Assembly (NCBI GenBank): GCA_015486055.1
Contig: WFSJ01000024.1
Location: 46,829 to 110,828, forward strand
Origin: Acidobacteriota bacterium
GTDB taxonomy: Bacteria; Acidobacteriota; Aminicenantia; S016-38
DNA: 64,000 bases
Reading direction: 5' to 3'
Shown: in pieces, positions 40,252-49,713 of the stretch
Layout of the letters: every line of letters starts with the position of its first letter
How positions within the stretch are numbered: the stretch's first letter is position 1
Program-made: the position numbers and the translations under genes
The notes under the pieces: model-generated
The model's input: only the letters and a program-made list of their open reading frames with translations
The model's database searches: none
Told to the model about the DNA's origin: nothing

Positions 40252-41516
40252 GCTCTGAAAAGAAGATAGGCATTCTTGTTCTTGTAGCCCTCGGGGTCCT
40301 TATTTATTTTCTTGTTAAGATGGGTTCTCTTTCATTTATGTTTGAGCCAAAGGGTTACAGGGTCTATGCATATTTTGGCAGTCTTGCCGGGCTTGAAGAA
40401 AGAGCCTCTGTAAGGCTCGCAGGAGTGAAGATTGGATATGTTGAGAGAATAGGCCTGAGGGGTGGAAGGGCAGAGGTTATTATGAAGATCTTCCACAAAT
40501 ATAGGGTAGCAAAGGGGGCGAAAGCAACTGTTACATCCATGGGAATAATGGGTGAAAAATACATTGAAATTTTCCCGGGGAAAGGGAAAGGATTTATTAA
40601 GGAAGGGGAAGAAATAGAGGGAATTGCACCCCTTTCAATTGACCAGTTGGGAACAATGTTCTACTCTATTGCCCAGGATGTAAAATCCTTAAGTAAGACT
40701 TTTAAGGAAGTTATAGGTGGAAAGAAAGGTAAAGCAAGCCTTGATTCCATATTGACAAATCTTGACAGAAGCACTTCCCAGTTGAGAAGTATATTGAGCG
40801 AAAATAAGGGAAAGATCAATGAAAGTATGGGAGATCTTCTCACTTCAATAAAGGATATGAAAAGGGCCATAAGGAATTTTTCTGAAGCTTCAGAGGGAAT
40901 TTCCAATATAGCGAATGAGTATAAAGGAAAATCAGTTGAAATAGATAATACCGCAAGGAGGCTTCAGAAACTTTCAAGAAAGACAGAGGAAGTTCTCTCA
41001 AAGGCTGATTCCCTTATGGAATTTCTTCAAGAGGGAAAGGGAAGTGTTGGTAAAGCCCTGAAAGATGAAAGTCTTTACGAAAATGCAAAGAAAATAGTAA
41101 GAAATACCTCAAAGATAACAGAGAAGCTGGATAGAAGCCTTGAAAGATTGAATTTTTCCATAAATCCTTATCTGTACTTTTCCAGCGAGAAGCTCGGTAA
41201 AATCGGCTTTAAAGCCCAAAAGGGAGAAAGTTTCTTAAGGGCAAGCATAGACGTTTCAAAGGAGACAAACACTTATGATCTCTTATTCGGCAGAAGATAT
41301 AAATGGTTTTCAATTTCCTCCGGTGTAATAGAAGGGAAATTTGGTTTTTCTGCCGGATTTCACTCATATAGAGGTCTTTTTATTCGAGGGGAAATTTACG
41401 GGCCTGACTCAGTCAATTATAGACTTCTTTTTGGCAAAAGCTCTGGCTCATTGTCTTTATTTGGTGGCTACAGCAGGGAGAAAAAAATAATATTTGGTCT
41501 ATTTTATGGGTTTTGA
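40248..41516 (+). CDS. mlaD: MCE-domain protein, elongated MlaD with C-terminal extension
   Basis: N-terminal TM anchor plus MCE domain (VRLAGVKIGYVERI...). Long Lys/Glu/Ser-rich middle region. Beta-strand-like, aromatic-rich tail ending IIFGLFYGF. Confidence 0.8.
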   Translation: MSSEKKIGILVLVALGVLIYFLVKMGSLSFMFEPKGYRVYAYFGSLAGLEERASVRLAGVKIGYVERIGLRGGRAEVIMKIFHKYRVAKGAKATVTSMGIMGEKYIEIFPGKGKGFIKEGEEIEGIAPLSIDQLGTMFYSIAQDVKSLSKTFKEVIGGKKGKASLDSILTNLDRSTSQLRSILSENKGKINESMGDLLTSIKDMKRAIRNFSEASEGISNIANEYKGKSVEIDNTARRLQKLSRKTEEVLSKADSLMEFLQEGKGSVGKALKDESLYENAKKIVRNTSKITEKLDRSLERLNFSINPYLYFSSEKLGKIGFKAQKGESFLRASIDVSKETNTYDLLFGRRYKWFSISSGVIEGKFGFSAGFHSYRGLFIRGEIYGPDSVNYRLLFGKSSGSLSLFGGYSREKKIIFGLFYGF

Positions 41517-42802
41517 TGTTTATATGTAAAGAATGTGGATACACTTCTCCTAAATGGTTTTCCCAGTGTCCTGTTTGCGGTGCAATTGGAAAAGCAGTAA
41601 AGTTTGAGGAAAAAAAAGGCAGGGGCGGTGTAAAGCCTGTCGAGATAGGAAATTTACGTCCACAAAAGGAAAGGAGAATTTCCAGTGGAATTCCTTCTCT
41701 TGATAGAGTTCTTGGTGGAGGGATTGTAGCTGGTTCCTTTATACTCATTGGAGGAGAACCGGGAGTAGGAAAATCAACCCTTATGCTTCAGCTCGCCTCT
41801 AATTTTAAGGGAAATGTTGTGTATGTTTCCGGGGAGGAGTCTCCTTATCAAATAGGGTCCAGAGCGATGAGACTGAGGATAAGGGAAGGAATAAAACTGA
41901 TATGCGAGACAGAATGGGAACCTATAGAGGAAGGAGTAGTAAACGAAAAACCTGATCTTGTAATATTCGACTCCCTTCAGACATTTCGCATCTCAGGAAT
42001 GAACTCTCCTGCTGGGAGCATCTCCCAGGTTAAGACTATCTCTGATAGAATATTTAGTATTTCAAAGAAGGAAGGCATAACATCTATAATAATTGGCCAT
42101 GTAACCAAGGAAGGTTCAATTGCAGGTCCGAGACTCCTTGAGCATGTAGTTGATGTTGTTCTTTATTTTGAGGGGGAAATATCAAGGAATTTCAGGATAA
42201 TAAGGGCCGTAAAAAATAGATTTGGCCCCACAGATGAGATAGCTGTTTTTGAGATGAGAGAAGACAGCCTCAGAGAAATAGAAAACCCATCTAATTACTT
42301 CCTTTCAGGGGATTTTTCCCCCGGGGTTTCCATATTCCCTGCAGTTGAGGGAAAAACTCCGATACTCTTGGAGGTTCAGGCGCTTGTTGTGCCAACTTCT
42401 CTTCCCTCCTCACCGAGGAGATTTTCCCTTGGAGTTGACCCATACAGGGTTGGTATGATGATTGGGGTTATTGAAAAACACACAAATATAAACTTTGCCT
42501 CAAGGGATGTTTACCTGAATGTTTCCGGAGGAATAAGGGTAAAGGAAACAGCAGTTGACCTTCCTGTAGTCTTGTCTCTCCTTTCATCCTACCTAAGAAT
42601 CTCCCTTCCTGCGGGAGCCTTTTCCTTCGGTGAAATAAGCCTTTCGGGGAAAGTTATAAACCCATCAAGAAGAGAATTGAGACTTAAAGAAGCAAGGAGG
42701 CTTGGCTACAAATTTGCAGTGGTGCCTCCGGGTGATAAAATAGAAAGGTTAAAATTTATAGAACTGTCTTATATAAATGAGGCAAGGAGGATTTTTAAAT
42801 GA
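41516..42802 (+). CDS. radA: DNA repair protein RadA/Sms
   Basis: Zinc ribbon CKECGY....CPVCG, Walker A GGEPGVGKST, KNRFG motif, Lon-like C-terminal domain. ATG 41516 in a TGATG overlap with mlaD. Confidence 0.92.
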   Translation: MFICKECGYTSPKWFSQCPVCGAIGKAVKFEEKKGRGGVKPVEIGNLRPQKERRISSGIPSLDRVLGGGIVAGSFILIGGEPGVGKSTLMLQLASNFKGNVVYVSGEESPYQIGSRAMRLRIREGIKLICETEWEPIEEGVVNEKPDLVIFDSLQTFRISGMNSPAGSISQVKTISDRIFSISKKEGITSIIIGHVTKEGSIAGPRLLEHVVDVVLYFEGEISRNFRIIRAVKNRFGPTDEIAVFEMREDSLREIENPSNYFLSGDFSPGVSIFPAVEGKTPILLEVQALVVPTSLPSSPRRFSLGVDPYRVGMMIGVIEKHTNINFASRDVYLNVSGGIRVKETAVDLPVVLSLLSSYLRISLPAGAFSFGEISLSGKVINPSRRELRLKEARRLGYKFAVVPPGDKIERLKFIELSYINEARRIFK

Positions 42803-43749
42803 TTTATCTCATATATGCAATAATATCTATAATCTCGGGGTACTTGATAAAAAGAGAACTCAGTCCACAAACCCTCGCAATAACCTTTTTGATATTTGTG
42901 ACAGTATTTATTATTGATAGACTCCTTTTCCTTTCATCAAGGAAAAAGGAAACCCTTTTTGCCCTTTTCATTGGCGTGGTCTTTGGGTGGGTCCTCTTCG
43001 CCATATATTCCAAAGCATTTCCAAAATACTCAGAATATCTTGTTGTGCTTTTCCTTGTTCTTCTTCCCTTAACCTTCCTATCTCTTTCCATAAGGAAATC
43101 CGAAATATTTTCCCCGCTTTATTGGATAGAAAGTCTTAGAGAAAGGCCACTTATAGGTTCCAAGAAAATCTTGGATACGAGCGTGATAATTGATGGAAGA
43201 ATAGGGGACATATGCTCAACAGGTTTTATGGAAGGGCCAGTTCTGATTCCAAGATTTGTCCTTGAGGAGCTCCAGAGAGTCGCTGACTCCTCTGACCCCC
43301 TTAAGAGACAAAGAGGAAGGAGAGGACTTGACATGGTTGAAAGGCTGAAATCCGAACCTGAAGTTGAAGTTATTATAACTGAGGTAGATTTCCCGGAGCT
43401 TAAGGGAGTAGACCATAAGCTTATTGAATTAGCAGGCAGGATGAACGCGAAGATAATAACCAACGATTTCAACCTGAACAAATTGGCAAAAATTCAGGGG
43501 ATAAAGGTTCTCAATATAAATGAGCTTTCCAATGCTTTAAGACCTGTTGTTCTTCCAGGAGAGGCAATGAGGGTATTTATCCTTAAAGAAGGCAAAGAAA
43601 GGGAGCAGGGAGTAGCTTATCTTGATGACGGAACAATGGTTGTTGTTGACAATGCAAGGAGGATGATAGGAAAAACAATAGAGATAACTGTAACCTCAGT
43701 TTTGCAAACCGCTGCTGGGAAAATGATTTTCGGGAGATACAACGAATAG
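42799..43749 (+). CDS. PIN/TRAM domain-containing membrane protein (YacL-like)
   Basis: N-terminal TM segments, PIN block ILDTSVIIDGRI...ITNDFNL, C-terminal TRAM-like GKTIEITVTSVLQTAAGKMIFGRY. Follows radA, as yacL does in Firmicutes. Confidence 0.8.
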   Translation: MIYLIYAIISIISGYLIKRELSPQTLAITFLIFVTVFIIDRLLFLSSRKKETLFALFIGVVFGWVLFAIYSKAFPKYSEYLVVLFLVLLPLTFLSLSIRKSEIFSPLYWIESLRERPLIGSKKILDTSVIIDGRIGDICSTGFMEGPVLIPRFVLEELQRVADSSDPLKRQRGRRGLDMVERLKSEPEVEVIITEVDFPELKGVDHKLIELAGRMNAKIITNDFNLNKLAKIQGIKVLNINELSNALRPVVLPGEAMRVFILKEGKEREQGVAYLDDGTMVVVDNARRMIGKTIEITVTSVLQTAAGKMIFGRYNE

Positions 43750-43803
43750 AAAAAGGTATATAGAAATTTTTCAGGGTAAGATATGACCCTAAATTAAGGT
43801 ATA

Positions 43804-43812
43804 TGCTATAAT
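43804..43812 (+). promoter_or_regulatory. extended -10 promoter TGcTATAAT ending 6 nt before the menA-like ATG (leaderless configuration)
   Basis: TG at 43804-43805, TATAAT at 43807-43812, ATG at 43819. No SD. Confidence 0.45.
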
Positions 43813-43818
43813 TTTTCT

Positions 43819-44736
43819 ATGAAAGATTGGATAAGGCTTTTAAGACTGCCTTTTATAAGTGTTACAGTTGGTTCAATAACGGTCGGTTCTCTTTATCTAT
43901 TATGGAAAGAGGGAGATTTTCATTTAGGAAGGTTTGCTCTTGCACTTGTCGGAGGAATTCTTCTTCACCTTGCAACGAATGTGGCAAACGATTATTTCGA
44001 TTATGTTTCAGGTAACGACAGGGAAAATAAAACTGCAATTCCGCCTTTCTCTGGAGGAAGCAAGGTCCTTCTCGAAGGGAAGATAAGACCAAAATCCGCC
44101 CTTTTTGTTTCAATTATCATGGTTGGTATTGCATCTTTCATAGGTCTTTATCTCAATTACATTCTTCCGGGGAATATCCTTCTCTTTGTTGGTTTAGCAG
44201 GAATTTTCCTGATTTATACTTACAATGGGCTGATAAAGTTTGTTAATTACTACCTCGGGGAAATCTGCATATTCCTTGCCTGGGGTCCTCTTATGGTTGA
44301 GGGTTCCTATTTTATTCAGACAGGCAAGTTCAGCATAGCGCTTCTTCCAATTTCAGCTTTTCTTGGCATCCTCACTCTTCTAATTTTATTCATCAATGAG
44401 TTCGCAGACGAGGAGGCAGACAAAAAGGCAGGAAGAAGGACATGGATCCACCTTTTTGGAAGGGAAAATTCACCCTATGTTCACCTTTTCTTATTGTTTC
44501 TTGCCTTCGGATTCCTCATCTATGCAATTGCTGCAGGGGAGGGTCCTCTCCTTGCCCTCATCGTTTTTCTTGCACTTCCCGTGGGCATTTCCTCCTCGCT
44601 TCATGCGAAGAAAAATATAAATGAACCCCATTCCAAGTTTCTCCCCGCAGTTATAAAGACAATAAACACCTATAATCTGAGTTTTCTTCTTCTTGCAGTT
44701 TCTCTTGTCCTTGCCAAGGTGATATGGAGAAGCTGA
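43819..44736 (+). CDS. menA: UbiA-family prenyltransferase, MenA-like (1,4-dihydroxy-2-naphthoate polyprenyltransferase)
   Basis: About 9 TM segments. First Asp-rich motif NVANDYFDYVSGND resembles MenA NLANDYGDAVKG.D. Second motif NEFADEEADKKAG. Confidence 0.7.
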   Translation: MKDWIRLLRLPFISVTVGSITVGSLYLLWKEGDFHLGRFALALVGGILLHLATNVANDYFDYVSGNDRENKTAIPPFSGGSKVLLEGKIRPKSALFVSIIMVGIASFIGLYLNYILPGNILLFVGLAGIFLIYTYNGLIKFVNYYLGEICIFLAWGPLMVEGSYFIQTGKFSIALLPISAFLGILTLLILFINEFADEEADKKAGRRTWIHLFGRENSPYVHLFLLFLAFGFLIYAIAAGEGPLLALIVFLALPVGISSSLHAKKNINEPHSKFLPAVIKTINTYNLSFLLLAVSLVLAKVIWRS

Positions 44737-46442
44737 GGGAAAAGGCGAGAAAATTTCCTCTTTTTCCCGGAGTTTATTTCTTCAGAGACAGAGGGGGAAA
44801 ACCTATATATATTGGTAAAGCCACCAAGCTAAGAGACAGAGTAAAAAGCTATTTTTCCTCAAAGGATCCGAAAACCGTAAGGATGCTCAGGGAAGCATTT
44901 GACCTTGATTTTGTGCTTACGGATACTGAGAAGGATGCCTTTTTCCTTGAGAATGAACTAATAAGAAAATATCAACCAAGGTACAATATAAGACTAAAGG
45001 ATGACAAATCCTACCCTTATCTTGAAATAAGATATGAGAAAAAATTTCCTGGAATTTACATAGCGAGGAGGGCAAGGAGGAAAGGCAGCCTTTATTTTGG
45101 ACCCTTTGTTCCTGCCTCATGGGCAAAGAGAATAAAAGAGCTTGTATCCATCCTTTTCGGAATAAGACAGTGCAGGGAGAGAATCGACGGGAAGAGGAAA
45201 AGACCCTGCCTTGACTATTATATAAACAGATGTTCAGCCCCCTGTGCAGGCATCATAAGCCAGGATGATTACAGAAAAAGAGTGGATATGGCGGTTGAGT
45301 TTCTCAAAGGAAATATTGGCGATGTAAAGGGAAAGATAGAAAGGGAAATGTGGAAGGCGGCAGATAAAACAGATTATGAAAGGGCGTCCTATTTCAGAGA
45401 TCTTTTGTTGACCATAGAAGAGTTCAGCAGGAAACCCACATATTCTTTCGGGCACTCAATTGACATATTCGGTTTTTATGAAGAGGAAGGAAGATGGGGA
45501 TTGCGAGTCGAAAGGGTGAGGCCAAACAGGAAGGAGTCAAAATCCTATAAGGGTGAAGGGATAAACACAGACCCAGTAATGGCAATTGTTCAGTTCTACG
45601 AAAAATACAGAGACATACCGGAAAGGATAGTTGTCGGCTTCACCCTTATAGGTGGTGAGAGGATAAAGGAATACATAAATGAAAAGTTTGGGAAGCACAT
45701 AGCTATAGAGACACCAAAAGGGGAAGAGAATTTCCTTGCAGAGCTCGTGCAAAAGGAGGCAGAAAAACTTGTCAGCGGGAGAAGACCCGAGGAAGAGCTT
45801 TCGGAGAGCCTTTCTCTTCCCTCAGTTCCCTATATAATAGAAGGCATGGACATATCTCATTTTTCAGGGAAGGAAGTTGTGGGTTCAGTTGTCGTTTTTG
45901 AGGGAGGAAGACCGAAAAAGGAAGAATACAGACATTACAAGTTGAACGAAAGGAATGATGACTTCGCAAACCTTGCCGAAATGGCAAGAAGAAGATATCC
46001 GAAACATCCCGTTCCTGATCTTCTCCTTATAGACGGCGGAAGGGGCCAACTTTCAGCAGTGCTTGAGGCAACATCTTCTTTGGGGATTTCAGTAAATGCA
46101 ATTTCCATTGCAAAGGGCGAAGAAAGGATATTCACAGATAAAAGGGATTTCACCCTTCCCTGGGATTCTCCTGCATTGAAACTTCTCCAGAGGATAAGAG
46201 ACGAGGCTCACAGATTTGCCATAACCTTCCACAGGAGGGTAAGGAAGAAGAGGGAATTTTCGACAATTCTTGAGGAAGTTAAGGGAATAGGTAAAAAAAG
46301 AATGCTTTCCCTTCTTAGAAGGTATAATAGTCTCGACGAGATCAGGCAAGCTCCTATTGGAGAGCTTTCCTCTATTGTGGGTAGAAAATCGGCAGAGGCG
46401 TTGAAGGAGAAATTGGATGAAAATAGGAATAGACATAGTTGA
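44724..46442 (+). CDS. uvrC: excinuclease ABC subunit C
   Basis: GIY-YIG (PGVYFF.....PIYIGKA...R..SY), UVR domain, Endo V-like domain and C-terminal HhH. Confidence 0.93.
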   Translation: MEKLREKARKFPLFPGVYFFRDRGGKPIYIGKATKLRDRVKSYFSSKDPKTVRMLREAFDLDFVLTDTEKDAFFLENELIRKYQPRYNIRLKDDKSYPYLEIRYEKKFPGIYIARRARRKGSLYFGPFVPASWAKRIKELVSILFGIRQCRERIDGKRKRPCLDYYINRCSAPCAGIISQDDYRKRVDMAVEFLKGNIGDVKGKIEREMWKAADKTDYERASYFRDLLLTIEEFSRKPTYSFGHSIDIFGFYEEEGRWGLRVERVRPNRKESKSYKGEGINTDPVMAIVQFYEKYRDIPERIVVGFTLIGGERIKEYINEKFGKHIAIETPKGEENFLAELVQKEAEKLVSGRRPEEELSESLSLPSVPYIIEGMDISHFSGKEVVGSVVVFEGGRPKKEEYRHYKLNERNDDFANLAEMARRRYPKHPVPDLLLIDGGRGQLSAVLEATSSLGISVNAISIAKGEERIFTDKRDFTLPWDSPALKLLQRIRDEAHRFAITFHRRVRKKREFSTILEEVKGIGKKRMLSLLRRYNSLDEIRQAPIGELSSIVGRKSAEALKEKLDENRNRHS

Positions 46443-46743
46443 GATTCAGAGACTGAGGGAAAAGCTGAGTAAAAATCCTGCCCTCACGAATAAGCTTTTT
46501 AGTGAAGAAGAGATTAAATATTGCAGGGGATTTTCCGACCCATATCCCCATTTTGCAGGCACTTTCGCGTCAAAGGAGGCATTCATAAAGACCCTTGGAA
46601 AAAATCCAGGATGGCTTAAGATAGAAATAAGAAGGCAAAGCGATATTCCTCATTTGTTTTTAAACAGGAAAAAGGTAAGTGGTTCCCTTTCCATCTCTCA
46701 TACGAATTCCACGGCAGTTGCTGTTTTCCTTCTTTTAGAATAA
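46417..46743 (+). CDS. acpS: holo-[acyl-carrier-protein] synthase
   Basis: MKIGIDIVEI.R N-terminus, FS.EE..YC, FA.KEA..K. 108 aa. Confidence 0.85.
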   Translation: MKIGIDIVEIQRLREKLSKNPALTNKLFSEEEIKYCRGFSDPYPHFAGTFASKEAFIKTLGKNPGWLKIEIRRQSDIPHLFLNRKKVSGSLSISHTNSTAVAVFLLLE

Positions 46744-46752
46744 AATTTCCTT

Positions 46753-47427
46753 ATGGAAATAAGGAAGAATCTTGAAAGGGTAAGGGAAAAAATAGGAGAA
46801 GCAGCTATTAGGGCAGGGAGAAATCCTCAAGAGATAAAAATCCTGGGGGCAACAAAGACTGTGGATGTCTTAAGAATAAAGGAAGCCATAGATGCAGGAT
46901 TAAGACTCTTCGGTGAAAATAGGGTTCAGGAAGGAATAGGGAAAATTGAGGCAATTTCAGATGAAGATATTGAGATTCACTTCATTGGAGTTCTTCAGTC
47001 AAACAAGTTGAAAAAGGCAATAAAGTATTTTTCAGCCATCCATTCAATTTCTTCCTTTAGGCTTGCTAAGAAAGCGGATTTTATAGCTTCAGAAATGGGC
47101 ATAGAATACCCTGTTCTTTTTGAGCTCAATCTCTCTGGCGAGAGGAGCAAATCTGGGTTTGGTAAGCAGGAATTTATTGAAGTGCTCCCAGCGCTTTCTT
47201 CCCTTGAAAGCATTCATCCCATAGGCCTTATGACTATTCCTCCATTAGGGAAAGACCCGAGGCCTTATTTTTCTGAGCTAAAGGAAATTTTTGAAAAGGT
47301 TAAAAGGAACTTCGGGACGGATTTCAGAGAGCTATCCATGGGTATGAGCGATGACTATGAGGTTGCAGTGGAGGAAGGAGCAACCATAGTTAGAATAGGA
47401 AGGGCAATATTCGGGGAGAGGAGATAG
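46753..47427 (+). CDS. yggS: YggS-family pyridoxal-phosphate homeostasis protein
   Basis: ILGATKT (PLP-Lys), FGENRVQE, HFIG.LQSNK, LSMGMS.D. Confidence 0.9.
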   Translation: MEIRKNLERVREKIGEAAIRAGRNPQEIKILGATKTVDVLRIKEAIDAGLRLFGENRVQEGIGKIEAISDEDIEIHFIGVLQSNKLKKAIKYFSAIHSISSFRLAKKADFIASEMGIEYPVLFELNLSGERSKSGFGKQEFIEVLPALSSLESIHPIGLMTIPPLGKDPRPYFSELKEIFEKVKRNFGTDFRELSMGMSDDYEVAVEEGATIVRIGRAIFGERR

Positions 47428-47732
47428 TGATTATAAAGCATTCCATTCTTGGCTTTATAAAGATTGTTGAGGTTATTCTTGACATTGAGATCGCCCTTAT
47501 AATTATAAGAGCTGTTCTTTCCTGGTTTCCTGTGCTCATATTTCGGTCTATTCATGGTTTTCTCTGGATAATGACCGAGCCTGTTCTCAGGCCAATAAGA
47601 AGATTTATTCCCCCGTGGAAAACAGGTGGACTTGACCTTTCCCCGCTTTTAGCAATACTCTTAATATGGATTTTGGAAGCGGTGGTTCTTGATCCAATAA
47701 AAATTTCATTGATATATGGAGGTGGTTTATGA
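47427..47732 (+). CDS. yggT: YggT-family membrane protein
   Basis: About 100 aa, 2-3 TM, IIRAVLSWFP and P.L.PIRR..P....LDLSP blocks. GTG start. Confidence 0.8.
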   Translation: MIIKHSILGFIKIVEVILDIEIALIIIRAVLSWFPVLIFRSIHGFLWIMTEPVLRPIRRFIPPWKTGGLDLSPLLAILLIWILEAVVLDPIKISLIYGGGL

Positions 47733-48208
47733 GAATAACCCCTGCAGACATAGAGAAACAGGAATTTGCTGTTAAGGTAAGGGGATATGACAAGGAGGAG
47801 GTGAGAAATTTCCTAATCTTTGTTTCCCAGGAAGCGTCTAATATTCTTATTGAGAGAGACGAACTTAAAAAAAAGCTCATCAGGGCGGAAGAAAGGATAA
47901 AGGAGCTTGAATCAAGGGAGAAAATTCTAAAGGAAACACTTATTGCTGCTCAGAGGTTCTCCGAAGAATTGAAGGCTAATGCCAAGAAGGAAGCAGAGAT
48001 AATTCTTGGGGAGGCTGAGCTAAAGGCTGATCAAATGCTTTCAAAGGCTACAGAGAGGCTCAGAGATCTCAAGATGACCGTTGATAAAATGAAAGCTGAC
48101 AAAGAGAACATAATAAACCAGATAAAGGGTTTCGTAATCTCCCTTCAATCACTTATTGAGAGAGAAGAAAAGGATGAAAATAGAGGTGGAAGTACACCCA
48201 AGGGCTAA
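47729..48208 (+). CDS. DivIVA domain-containing protein
   Basis: ITPADIEKQEFAVKVRGYDKEEVRNFL N-terminal DivIVA lipid-binding domain followed by coiled coil. Confidence 0.85.
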   Translation: MRITPADIEKQEFAVKVRGYDKEEVRNFLIFVSQEASNILIERDELKKKLIRAEERIKELESREKILKETLIAAQRFSEELKANAKKEAEIILGEAELKADQMLSKATERLRDLKMTVDKMKADKENIINQIKGFVISLQSLIEREEKDENRGGSTPKG

Positions 48209-48395
48209 GAAAGAAGAAATAAGAGGGGAAGGCAGTTATCTTCAAGTATGGGTGAGGGAAGTTCCTGAAAAAGGCAAGGCCAATAGGCGAGTAATTGAAC
48301 TTGTTGCAGAAAAATTGGGTGTCCCAAAGTCAAGGATAGAGATAATTCACGGTCAAAAGGGGAAAAGGAAAATTTTAAAGGTTGAAGATGCTTGA
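48174..48395 (+). CDS. yggU: DUF167 (YggU) family protein
   Basis: V.V.P.AKK..I.G......V.V...PEKGKAN..VIELVAEKLGVPKS.IEI..G....K..KV. Start placed at ATG 48174 (MKIEVEV). Confidence 0.8.
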   Translation: MKIEVEVHPRAKKEEIRGEGSYLQVWVREVPEKGKANRRVIELVAEKLGVPKSRIEIIHGQKGKRKILKVEDA

Positions 48396-49704
48396 GAAGA
48401 TCTTCGGTTTGAGAAAAGCTGGGACAGATTTGAAAACCGAGTTCAGGGCAGGGACAATCACCTTTCTTTCCATGGCTTACATAATAGCTGTCCAACCAGT
48501 GGTCCTTTCAAAGGCAGGGATGGCACCCGGTGCTGTTATGGTAGCGACATGTATTGCATCTGCCATAACTACTTTAATGATGGGCATTTATGCTAACTAT
48601 CCAATAGGTCTTGCTCCTGGAATGGGTGAGAACTTCTATTTTTCCTATTCTTTGGTTTTGGGGAGAGGTATTCCCTGGAGGGTAGCCTTAGGGGTTGTGT
48701 TCTGGTCAGGACTTGCATTTTTTGGAGTTACCCTACTGAAGTTGAGAGAAAAGATAGTTGATGCAATTCCAAGGAGCCTCAAAAACGGTATAGCTGTTGG
48801 CATAGGATTTTTCATAGCCTATCTTGGACTCGAAAATTCGGGTATCATAAGGATAAGAGATGGAAACCCATCCCTCGGAAACTTCCATAATCCAGGAACT
48901 CTTCTTGCAATAGCAGGGCTTCTCTTAATAGGGGTCTTAATAGCAAGGAAGATAAAGGGCGCAATTTTCATGGGGATGGTGATAACTTTTATTCTCGGGA
49001 TCCCCTTTGGGATAGTGAAATTTTACGGCTTTGTTTCCCCTCCACCTTCACTTTCTCCCATCTTTCTAAAGATGGACATAAAATCCGCTCTCTCAGTTTC
49101 TCTCATTGTGCCAATAGTAGCCTTTTTTATAATGGACTTGTTTGACACTATAGGAACCCTCATTGGTGTAGCAGAACAGGCCGGGTTCATAAATGAGGAA
49201 GGTAAAATGCCCAGGATGAACAGGGCCCTTCTCACAGATGCAACAGGCACTGCCTTGGGGGCAGGCCTTGGGACATCAACAGTTACTTCCTATATAGAAT
49301 CTGCAACAGGAGTGGCAGAGGGAGGAAAAACAGGACTCACATCTGTTTTCGTCTCAATTTATTTTTTCCTCGCCATTTTCTTTTACCCCATAATTCAGAG
49401 TATCGTTGGGGGATATAAGTTCGGGAAAGAAGTTGTTTATCCTATCACCTCTCCAGTTCTTATAATTGTCGGGGCAATGATGTTTGCCAATATAAGGAAA
49501 GTTGACCTGAAGGATCCCACTGAGTTTCTTCCTGCTATACTTACCGTTTTGGGAATGCCACTTACGATGAGCATTTCCGATGGACTTGGTTTTGGATTCA
49601 TAAGTTATTCCGTACTGAAACTCCTTTCAGGAAGAGGAAAGGAAGTCAGTCTTGTTCTTCATGTGCTTTCTCTTCTTTTTGTCTTGAAATTTGCTTTCCT
49701 TTAA
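48388..49704 (+). CDS. NCS2/AzgA-family purine (adenine/guanine/hypoxanthine) permease
   Basis: MLEKIFGLRKAGTDLKTEFRAGTITFLSMAYIIAVQP N-terminus is typical of AzgA-type permeases. Polytopic, about 438 aa. Confidence 0.8.
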   Translation: MLEKIFGLRKAGTDLKTEFRAGTITFLSMAYIIAVQPVVLSKAGMAPGAVMVATCIASAITTLMMGIYANYPIGLAPGMGENFYFSYSLVLGRGIPWRVALGVVFWSGLAFFGVTLLKLREKIVDAIPRSLKNGIAVGIGFFIAYLGLENSGIIRIRDGNPSLGNFHNPGTLLAIAGLLLIGVLIARKIKGAIFMGMVITFILGIPFGIVKFYGFVSPPPSLSPIFLKMDIKSALSVSLIVPIVAFFIMDLFDTIGTLIGVAEQAGFINEEGKMPRMNRALLTDATGTALGAGLGTSTVTSYIESATGVAEGGKTGLTSVFVSIYFFLAIFFYPIIQSIVGGYKFGKEVVYPITSPVLIIVGAMMFANIRKVDLKDPTEFLPAILTVLGMPLTMSISDGLGFGFISYSVLKLLSGRGKEVSLVLHVLSLLFVLKFAFL

Positions 49705-49707
49705 AAT
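49679..49707 (+). promoter_or_regulatory. candidate promoter TTGTCT-N17-TAAAAT ending 6 nt before the ABC ATPase ATG
   Basis: -35-like at 49679-49684. -10 at 49702-49707 (contains the permease stop TAA). ATG at 49714. No SD. Confidence 0.35.
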
Positions 49708-49713
49708 TTAATT

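Noticed and set aside
42799-43749. PIN-domain protein as a toxin-antitoxin toxin
   Set aside because: It is the membrane-anchored PIN/TRAM (YacL-type) architecture in its conserved position after radA. There is no small antitoxin partner.
43772-43789. Hairpin AGGGT-N8-ACCCT after the PIN/TRAM gene as an intrinsic terminator
   Set aside because: The stem is only 5 bp and no downstream U-tract follows, so it is not convincing as a Rho-independent terminator.
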